Sequence record: MN496307.1
DNA length: 11,607 nt
Direction: 5' to 3' (one strand)
Part shown: piece after piece, positions 1 to 6,558 of the stretch
Layout of the letters: every line of letters starts with the position of its first letter
Position numbering within the stretch: the stretch's first letter is position 1
Notes under the pieces: model-generated
What the model saw: only the letters and a program-made list of their open reading frames with translations
What the model was told of the DNA's origin: nothing
Databases searched by the model: none
Made by a program: the position numbers and the translations under genes

Positions 1-4
1 GCCC

Positions 5-28
5 TTTATAAAGTCATAATCTTTTTTT
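5..28 (+). promoter_or_regulatory. TATA box for the a82-b251 operon (T9-like), followed by a T-tract that probably terminates the upstream capsid transcript
   Basis: TTTATAAA at 5-12, T7 run at 22-28, ATG at 36. Spacing fits a leaderless transcript; the same layout recurs at 7443-7476. Confidence 0.7.
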
Positions 29-35
29 ACTTCTG

Positions 36-284
36 ATGACTGCGTTAGGCGATACAATCTATGTAATATCTATCCTTTTCCCAGCTGTAGGCATTCTGAG
101 TAGAAACTATCTCATCAATTTAATGGGGTTTTTTGTTGGGACCCTAGGATTTCTTATCTTTGTACAAGGATACACAGACATTAGCTTTTCAGGGAGTACT
201 TTCTACTTAGCAATATTTCCTTTGCTGTTAGGGCTAGTAAACTTAGGCTTCTTCTTCAATTGGTTGAGGGAAGAAAGGATATGA
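36..284 (+). CDS. a82: SSV1 A82-like small membrane protein (core gene)
   Basis: 82 aa, hydrophobic, begins MTALGDTIYVI like recalled A82; located after vp2 in circular order. Confidence 0.88.
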   Translation: MTALGDTIYVISILFPAVGILSRNYLINLMGFFVGTLGFLIFVQGYTDISFSGSTFYLAIFPLLLGLVNLGFFFNWLREERI

Positions 285-583
285 GGTGGTTTCATGTTTC
301 TAACAGAGTTAATCCCCGAAAAAGTTCTCGTATACGGGGCAATCATAGATACAATATTTATTATTATGTATCTTCTTGCAAGAAAATCGAAGACCAAACA
401 AGAGAAATTCATAGAGAGATTGCAAAATATAAGGCTATTAGGATACTATCTCATAGGGGCTTCTATCTTTACGCTTCTGATAGTGCACATGGCGGAATTC
501 TCAGGCTTAGTAGATTATTACTTAGGTCTTTCGCTAGATTCGCTTCTATTCTTTATCGGGTTAAAAATGGTGATGAAGAATGA
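281..583 (+). CDS. c84: SSV1 C84-like basic protein, overlapping a92 in another frame
   Basis: First ATG at 281 (track start 260 is TTG), 100 aa. ATGA overlap with the a82 stop and with the b277 start. Frame relative to a82 and b277 matches SSV1 A/B/C frame naming. Confidence 0.5.
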   Translation: MRWFHVSNRVNPRKSSRIRGNHRYNIYYYVSSCKKIEDQTREIHREIAKYKAIRILSHRGFYLYASDSAHGGILRLSRLLLRSFARFASILYRVKNGDEE

Positions 584-587
584 GTAA
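294..587 (+). CDS. a92: SSV1 A92-like membrane protein
   Basis: 97 aa with about three hydrophobic segments; SD-like GAGGTG at 283-288; same frame as a82. Confidence 0.78.
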   Translation: MFLTELIPEKVLVYGAIIDTIFIIMYLLARKSKTKQEKFIERLQNIRLLGYYLIGASIFTLLIVHMAEFSGLVDYYLGLSLDSLLFFIGLKMVMKNE

Positions 588-1395
588 TGGAAGTTTGGAA
601 AAGGCAATGGAAGAAGCACTCAAGAACGCTAAAACGCTGGAAGAATTAGAGCAGCTCTACAGACAGATACCACAACCCTCAAAGAAACTCTACAAAGCCT
701 ATGAGAAACGAAAATTTGAGTTAAAGTATGAGCAATATAAGAAGCTAAAAGAGGAACTAGCACAGAAGCGGAAGAAGCTAAAGAAAGAGAAAGTTGATAT
801 TCGTGTTAAGATAACAAAGAAATGGATAAACAGCAGACTGTTCACAGCAGAGCATTATGTCGCATTGCTTCAGCAAAGTAAAGATGGTCTACAGTTAATG
901 TTTCTCAGAAAGGTGAAACTTGTTGAGAATCAAGGCTATTTAATGATTGAAAGTAAGAAGCTCAGAAAGGCATGGGTTCTTGTCGGTGAGCCGGTCCTTC
1001 TTGAAAAGAGCAGAATCTTTGGGAAGAAATTTGTTGCAGTGCACTTTGTCTTGCCAGATTTTCCATATACTCTTGACATAGCTGTGGATGAAAAATTAAG
1101 GCAATTAGCAATCAAAGGAGTAAACGGCCCACAGATATTGCATAGTGTCGTCAGGACCAAGTTCTTTGAAGCTTTGGCTAGAGTAGGCTCTGGACCAGAT
1201 TTGATGTATTTGATTTTGGGTGCAATCATGGGATTGGGGTTCGGTTTAGCAATTGGTTTCGGGATTGCAAACACAAACTTAGCCCACTTACTGCATCCAA
1301 CAGTAACTAATACAACAACAGTTACGCACCCAACTACAACAATACCACCTTCACCACCTACAACCACAACATCTGTTCCAACTCAGGTGGTGTAA
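580..1395 (+). CDS. b277: SSV1 B277-like protein with C-terminal membrane anchor and Thr/Pro tail (core gene)
   Basis: 271 aa: charged coiled-coil N-terminus, TM segment LMYLILGAIMGLGFGLAIGFGI, T/P-rich tail; synteny. Confidence 0.88.
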   Translation: MSNGSLEKAMEEALKNAKTLEELEQLYRQIPQPSKKLYKAYEKRKFELKYEQYKKLKEELAQKRKKLKKEKVDIRVKITKKWINSRLFTAEHYVALLQQSKDGLQLMFLRKVKLVENQGYLMIESKKLRKAWVLVGEPVLLEKSRIFGKKFVAVHFVLPDFPYTLDIAVDEKLRQLAIKGVNGPQILHSVVRTKFFEALARVGSGPDLMYLILGAIMGLGFGLAIGFGIANTNLAHLLHPTVTNTTTVTHPTTTIPPSPPTTTTSVPTQVV

Positions 1396-1863
1396 CTGAC
1401 AAAGAAATCATCTGGTAACTCTACTGTAGAAGAGCTAAAGAAGGAAAATGAAGACTTGAAGAGGAAAATTGAAGAGCTAGAGGCATTGCTAAATGAGCAA
1501 GAAGAGGAAGATGAGGAAATACAAGAGATAGAGAATCCATATACTGTAACAAATCGCTCAATCACTGAACTTGTCGAACCAAAGGACACAATGCTTTATT
1601 TGAGTGGCAGTCAGATTAATCTGATTTTATCCGCTTACGAATTCGCCCGTTTACCCGTTTATTTTGGGGAAGAGCCAGTGCTAGAGTTGGCTGAGTTTGC
1701 GAGCAAATTGAAGTACTACTTAGTGAGTAAGGGCGGACGCGGTAGAAGAGACATACTCAGAGTACTGAGGGTAAGCAGTGGACAGACCCGTGAACAAGTG
1801 AATAAATCGATATTCAAACAACTACTCAAGGGTGGGGCAGATATAGATGAAGAAGCTGAGTGA
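1396..1863 (+). CDS. a154: SSV1 A154-like protein; start probably CTG at 1396 rather than TTG at 1456
   Basis: Conserved EIENPYTVTNR and YYLVSKGGRGRRDILRVLRVSSGQ motifs. Frame is open back to 1396, giving 155 aa (family size); SD-like AGGTGGTG at 1385-1392. Confidence 0.85.
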   Translation: MTKKSSGNSTVEELKKENEDLKRKIEELEALLNEQEEEDEEIQEIENPYTVTNRSITELVEPKDTMLYLSGSQINLILSAYEFARLPVYFGEEPVLELAEFASKLKYYLVSKGGRGRRDILRVLRVSSGQTREQVNKSIFKQLLKGGADIDEEAE

Positions 1864-2578
1864 GATACGGAAAGGTGCTTCGTTAATTCTAGCCCGTGAA
1901 ATTGTTAGTGCATACAAAAATAATGGATTTACAAATATCTTGATATTCGGAAAACAAGGGGTAGGGAAAACTACGTATGCATTAAGGGTGGCTAAAGAAG
2001 TAGTCAAAATGCTGGATAACGATATCACGGAAGAGGAAGCATGGAGTAAAGCATTATCTTATCTAGTTTTTACACTTGAGGAAGCAATCCAGAAAATGAA
2101 AGCAGTCGTAGAGCTACACAAACAAGGTAACATTAACGCGAGACTTCCGCTTTTAATATTAGATGATGCATCAATAGACTTGATTAAGTATAAGTGGTAT
2201 GATGAGACAAATCAAGAGTTTTATAAGTTGAACGTATTAGCGAGAACTTGGGTTGCTTCATTAATCTACACCACACCAATGGTTTCTGATATTGCAAAAT
2301 TCCTCAGAGAAAAGGGATGGATTGTAGTCAAAATAACAAAGGGTGGGAATAAGAACACATCATTGGCCTATCTTTACAAAAGAGCCTTTGCATTAAATAG
2401 TACAAAAACCGATTTTGTAGGGAAATACAAGGTGATCGCGATAGATTACTTTACAAGAAGAATGCCAAATAGTATATATAATGAATATATGCAGAGAAGA
2501 GACAAAGTAATGATCTCGATAGCTGAGAAGATATTAAATGTGGACCTAAATAGTGAGGAAAAGTCCTTAAATGTTTAG
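1847..2578 (+). CDS. b251: SSV1 B251-like P-loop NTPase (core gene)
   Basis: Walker A GKQGVGKT, Walker B LLILDD, plus REKGW and YMQRR motifs; 243 aa; synteny. Confidence 0.92.
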   Translation: MKKLSEIRKGASLILAREIVSAYKNNGFTNILIFGKQGVGKTTYALRVAKEVVKMLDNDITEEEAWSKALSYLVFTLEEAIQKMKAVVELHKQGNINARLPLLILDDASIDLIKYKWYDETNQEFYKLNVLARTWVASLIYTTPMVSDIAKFLREKGWIVVKITKGGNKNTSLAYLYKRAFALNSTKTDFVGKYKVIAIDYFTRRMPNSIYNEYMQRRDKVMISIAEKILNVDLNSEEKSLNV

Positions 2579-2611
2579 GACTTGAGGGTTTTTTAGAGCG
2601 TAAATAAGGTC

Positions 2612-2617
<6 letters not shown>
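2573..2617. terminator. Putative terminator between the convergent b251 and integrase genes
   Basis: T6 run at 2589-2594 inside a perfect 9-bp inverted repeat GTTTAGGAC (2573-2581) / GTCCTAAAC (2609-2617). Confidence 0.45.
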
Positions 2618-3649
<1,032 letters not shown>

Positions 3650-3674
3650 ATTCCCCTAATGTATTATGATTGCC

Positions 3675-3690
3675 AAAAGAGGTTTATAAG
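3675..3690 (+). promoter_or_regulatory. BRE plus TATA promoter in the non-coding gap; may also serve the integrase on the minus strand
   Basis: Purine-rich AAAAGAGG then TTTATAAG (3683-3690). The minus strand reads CTTATAAA about 34 nt upstream of the integrase ATG at 3649. Confidence 0.6.
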
Positions 3691-3715
3691 CTCTGGCAAC
3701 TCGTAAATTTTTGCC

Positions 3716-3738
3716 GCTAAAAAACGTAGAATTGAAAG
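3716..3738 (+). ncRNA. Solitary CRISPR-repeat-like unit (candidate small RNA)
   Basis: GCTAAAAAACGTAGAATTGAAAG aligns 19/24 with the recalled Sulfolobales repeat GCTAATCTACTATAGAATTGAAAG; the last 12 nt are identical. It begins at the predicted start site of the 3683 TATA box. Confidence 0.5.
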
Positions 3739-3819
3739 TAGACGGCAAAGATTCCTAGGCAGTAATACTAAAAATATCGTATTATTATTATATAGTTATT
3801 TGAGCAAATTACCTATTAC

Positions 3820-3887
3820 GCTAATAGCAGCATTGCTGCTACTAATAGCAGCGATTTAGCAAAACATTGCTGCTAATAGCAGCATTG
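3820..3887. repeat. Array of TAGCAGCA/TGCTGCTA octamers in alternating orientation
   Basis: Copies at 3825-3832 (+), 3834-3841 (-), 3846-3852 (+, 7/8), 3868-3875 (-), 3877-3884 (+). GCTAATAGCAGCATTG is repeated exactly at 3820-3835 and 3872-3887. Confidence 0.9.
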
Positions 3888-3892
3888 TCGTA

Positions 3893-4447
3893 TTACTTTA
3901 CGTAGACTGAAAGCCATCTCTTAAACTGAGATGGCTTCATCCAGTCTTTCCATCTTGTCAGCACATATGTTCTCTCGCCCTTTGCAAACTCTTCTGAGAC
4001 GACTGCTTTTCCATGCTTTTCCAATGTTCTCAACAGTGTGAAAGGCATGAATCTAACTTCCCCTTCTGAATCAGCAATATTCATGAACACAGCTTTGTAT
4101 CCCTTAGATTCTAAGATTTCCGCAACACTAACTTTTACGCCTAACACAGCAATTACTGAGCCTTGCATATTCATCTTATGAGCTCTGCTTTTACTCTGTC
4201 CCTTCGTCAAAGAAGTACCAGTAACATCAAGATATAATTTGAAGCGGGGAATGTAAAAATCAAACTTCTTGAAAGGATCCCCTTCCCATGTTTCGTCTAC
4301 TCTGTCAGTTGACAATACACCAATTCCATTCACTGTAATGTCCTTTTCCTTAAGATTTAGGACCAAACGTAGCCATTTTTTCGCAATCTCTTCCCTAATT
4401 GAAGATATAACCCAATACTTTTCGTATTTATCCTTCAGTTCGCTCAT
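3893..4447 (-). CDS. d244: SSV1 D244 / SSV-RH D212-like PD-(D/E)XK-fold nuclease
   Basis: 184 aa with KYEKYW..REEIAK, G(I)G, GDP..KFDF, LDVTG and C-terminal W..P..F..WL motifs as recalled for D244/D212; lies in the leftward early operon. Confidence 0.78.
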   Translation of the reverse strand: MSELKDKYEKYWVISSIREEIAKKWLRLVLNLKEKDITVNGIGVLSTDRVDETWEGDPFKKFDFYIPRFKLYLDVTGTSLTKGQSKSRAHKMNMQGSVIAVLGVKVSVAEILESKGYKAVFMNIADSEGEVRFMPFTLLRTLEKHGKAVVSEEFAKGERTYVLTRWKDWMKPSQFKRWLSVYVK

Positions 4448-4620
4448 TCTTCTTCCCTCAGATGGTAGAGGTCCGCGAAAATCTGTTGACTTAGGAGTAG
4501 GGCCTTATCTATTTTCTCTTGGCAGTTTTTCTCTAACATTAGGTCAATTTTTATCTCGCGAACTAGAGATAATAGTTCTCTTGCTTCTTTGTCTAAATTA
4601 AGCAGATAGCCCTCATCCAT
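4444..4620 (-). CDS. d63: SSV1 D63-like small helical (ROP-like) protein
   Basis: LDKEARELLSLVREIKID resembles recalled D63 LDEDVRELLSLIHEIKID. ATG at 4620 has SD GGTGA upstream; ATGA overlap with the next gene. Confidence 0.85.
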   Translation of the reverse strand: MDEGYLLNLDKEARELLSLVREIKIDLMLEKNCQEKIDKALLLSQQIFADLYHLREEE

Positions 4621-4622
4621 CT

Positions 4623-5246
4623 TCAATTCACCAGTTCTTTTAATGCGGTAATTCGAGTCTCAAGGTCCTTCATTCTTGCTGGAGGTATCAAATAACAGTT
4701 GAGGTCCTTTCTGAAATTATTCTTCTGAATTTGTATTAGTAAAGCCTCTAACTCATTAATCACATCCAATAATTTTGTTATATCGATTTTTGCTTCAGCT
4801 TTTGCTTCGGCTCTGGATTCGCTTATATTAATATTTACAATGGGCTGAATTGATTCTTTTGCTAGCTCTAGCCCTAGCTCCCTTGATACTCTGTTCAAGT
4901 CTTCTTTGTGGCCAGAAAGAGCGTAAATAAGGGTCTCAAGGCCTAGTTTCACAATCCTTTTCTTTCTAGGCGAAAGTGACATATAACGCGCCTTTGCCAC
5001 TGCACTAATTCTGAAAGCAATGAGCGATGTAACGCCCGTGAAATCCTCGTCGCTTTTTCCAATATTTTCTATATCTTTTTGTATAAGAGTGTTTGTGTTA
5101 GTGTTTGTAGGGTTGTTTGTTTGTGTTTGTTTGTTTGACGTTTGTCTAACAGTTTTTTCTGAACCCGCTTTTGTGTTTGTGTTTGTTAGTGTGTTTGTAT
5201 TTTTGTAGTTTTGTGTGAAGAAATTGAAAGAATCACTGTCAGCCAT
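4623..5246 (-). CDS. Hypothetical protein ORF207: N/T/Q low-complexity N-terminus, RHH-like middle, helical C-terminus
   Basis: ATG at 5246 (track start is TTG); overlaps the upstream RHH gene stop and abuts d63, so it sits tightly in the operon. Confidence 0.8.
   Translation of the reverse strand: MADSDSFNFFTQNYKNTNTLTNTNTKAGSEKTVRQTSNKQTQTNNPTNTNTNTLIQKDIENIGKSDEDFTGVTSLIAFRISAVAKARYMSLSPRKKRIVKLGLETLIYALSGHKEDLNRVSRELGLELAKESIQPIVNINISESRAEAKAEAKIDITKLLDVINELEALLIQIQKNNFRKDLNCYLIPPARMKDLETRITALKELVN
5078..5215. repeat. Degenerate TTTGT / ACAAAC repeat tract
   Basis: More than a dozen TTTGT copies (e.g. 5092, 5104, 5116, 5120, 5126, 5130, 5141, 5170, 5176, 5182, 5194, 5202, 5210); strong G/T skew on the + strand. 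Confidence 0.85.
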
Positions 5247-5418
5247 CAATGATCCCCTTCAACTCTTCCTTGTGCCTTTCCAAATACTCTTTGAGGGCCT
5301 CGTTTAGCAAATCCGTAAAAGTCTTCTTATGTTTGATCGAGAGGATTTTTCCTTTTAAAAAAAGATCTTCTTGTATGTATAATGTGGTTTTAACTTGTCT
5401 TACTTCTTGGGTGTTCAT
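5239..5418 (-). CDS. Ribbon-helix-helix DNA-binding protein (CopG/F55-like), first gene of the leftward early operon
   Basis: 59 aa, KTTLYIQEDLFLKGKILSIKHKKTFTDLLNEALKEYL fits the RHH pattern; ATG lies at the predicted leaderless start of the 5444-5451 TATA box. Confidence 0.88.
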   Translation of the reverse strand: MNTQEVRQVKTTLYIQEDLFLKGKILSIKHKKTFTDLLNEALKEYLERHKEELKGIIDG

Positions 5419-5425
5419 CAATTTG

Positions 5426-5470
5426 TCAATCTATCAATCCAAGTATATAAACTTTTCTACCTATCAATCC
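5426..5470 (-). promoter_or_regulatory. T5-like early promoter with GGATTGATAG operator repeats
   Basis: Minus strand AGAAAAG-TTTATATA (BRE plus TATA, 5444-5451); GGATTGATAG at 5431-5440 and 5461-5470 on either side. Confidence 0.82.
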
Positions 5471-5494
5471 GTATTTCAGCCGTAATATAAAGCA

Positions 5495-5514
5495 TAAAAA
5501 AGAAAACAAAAAAG
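5495..5514 (-). terminator. T-tract terminator of the e73 cassette
   Basis: Minus strand reads TTTTTTGTTTTCTTTTTTAT shortly downstream of the ORF76 stop at 5531. Confidence 0.55.
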
Positions 5515-5530
5515 AGTACGTAATTTCCTT

Positions 5531-5761
5531 CTATCCATCTGTCTGTCCTTTTAGCCTGTTGAACCTTTCAAGTAATATTTTGAATGTCTCATACGCTTCT
5601 TTGGCCTCTTTAGAATCTAATATACCTAATATTTTCAAAAATTCAGCATATGGAATAGTAATAGCACCCCCACCTAACGCTAGTAATGTTGTTAATAATT
5701 CCTTTATTTGATTATTATAGTCCTCTTTATTTTGAGGGAAAAAACCGCTTCCCAACCTCAT
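5531..5761 (-). CDS. Hypothetical 76-aa protein
   Basis: ATG start; fills the space between e73 and a T-tract terminator; overlaps the e73 3' end by 35 nt. No family recognised; start uncertain. Confidence 0.55.
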   Translation of the reverse strand: MRLGSGFFPQNKEDYNNQIKELLTTLLALGGGAITIPYAEFLKILGILDSKEAKEAYETFKILLERFNRLKGQTDG

Positions 5762-5957
5762 CTATTCTTGGTTGGATCTCTTGAGGTAATTCCTCTTTAT
5801 GTGCAATTAACCATGTAACCACTGCTTCCTCAATTATGTCAGTCATATCTCTGTTCAGATATACAGATACTATTTTCAAAACGTAGTAAACATCTTCATC
5901 AAATGCTAATGTTGTTTTCTTCTTTTGGATCCTTGTCTCACTTTTAAATTCACTCAT
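5727..5957 (-). CDS. e73: SSV-RH E73-like RHH (RH3) transcription regulator
   Basis: KKKTTLAFDEDVYYVLKIVSVYLNRDMTDIIEEAVVTWLI and the C-terminal KRFFP closely match recalled E73. Confidence 0.92.
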   Translation of the reverse strand: MSEFKSETRIQKKKTTLAFDEDVYYVLKIVSVYLNRDMTDIIEEAVVTWLIAHKEELPQEIQPRIDEVGKRFFPSK

Positions 5958-6023
5958 CTCTCTCTAGTTTTCTTATTCCTTTCTCGCTTTATATTTTTAT
6001 GGTTTTCAATCCGTCAACATAAA

Positions 6024-6070
6024 TAGAAAAGTTTATATATTTGGATTGATAGATTGATAGATAGAGGTGG
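6024..6070 (+). promoter_or_regulatory. T6-like early promoter with operator repeats and SD
   Basis: AGAAAAG-TTTATATA (6032-6039), then GGATTGATAGATTGATAGATAG; SD GAGGTGG at 6064-6070. 33/34 identical to the reverse complement of 5426-5459. Confidence 0.85.
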
Positions 6071-6074
6071 CAAA

Positions 6075-6377
6075 ATGGAAACCCCCGAATTAAAACCCCC
6101 AAAAATGGTATCTGAAGAAGAAATACATTTTTTTGTAAGAACGTTGCGTGAAGAAGAACCACCATATGACAAATACATTGAAATAGAATTTGTTAAGCCG
6201 AGTGCGTTTGCTGACAGATTCTATATTGGCGACATAAGCGTAGAATCCGTCGAAAGAGAGGTAAAATACATATTACAATTATATAAAATATATAACAAAA
6301 CAGCTAATGGCGAATTGCAAAATGAAATACGAAAAGAGATCCTTATAACTTTAGCGAAAATTGCCGGCATGTTGTGA
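6075..6377 (+). CDS. a100: SSV1 A100-like protein
   Basis: ATG at 6075 after the SD gives exactly 100 aa. C-terminal LYKIY...IRKEILITLAKI resembles recalled A100; first gene after the T6-like promoter. Confidence 0.82.
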   Translation: METPELKPPKMVSEEEIHFFVRTLREEEPPYDKYIEIEFVKPSAFADRFYIGDISVESVEREVKYILQLYKIYNKTANGELQNEIRKEILITLAKIAGML

Positions 6378-6383
6378 TGCAAG

Positions 6384-6554
6384 ATGAAAGTAGTGACGTT
6401 TAAGCTAGAAGATGACTTGTTAAGGATTTTAGACTTATACGCTATCAAGACGAAAACGACAAGAAGCGACGTAATTCGCCAAGCATTGATGTTGTTATTG
6501 AAGGATGAAATAAACAAAGCGAGAGCAAAAGTTGAAACAATCCCGCTGAGGTGA
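6384..6554 (+). CDS. CopG/RHH protein, 56 aa (absent from the ORF track)
   Basis: My translation: MKVVTFKLEDDLLRILDLYAIKTKTTRSDVIRQALMLLLKDEINKARAKVETIPLR; canonical RHH pattern, in the position of SSV1 c80. Confidence 0.88.
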   Translation: MKVVTFKLEDDLLRILDLYAIKTKTTRSDVIRQALMLLLKDEINKARAKVETIPLR

Positions 6555-6558
6555 AACT

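Noticed and set aside
946-953. Other ATTGAAAG handles (946-953 and 5223-5230)
   Set aside because: They lie inside coding regions, have no similarity to the 5' part of the repeat and no dedicated promoter.
203-2028. Antisense ORFs 203-412, 936-1367, 1383-1589 and 1822-2028
   Set aside because: Shadows of recognised plus-strand core genes, with compositions mirroring the sense codons.
3831-3885. Small peptide gene in the octamer array
   Set aside because: Minus-strand ATG frames close after 9 and 5 codons and have no SD.
3716-3890. CRISPR array or mini-array
   Set aside because: Only one repeat-like unit. No second copy lies at spacer distance, and the downstream GCTAAT...ATTG repeats lack the GAAAG end.
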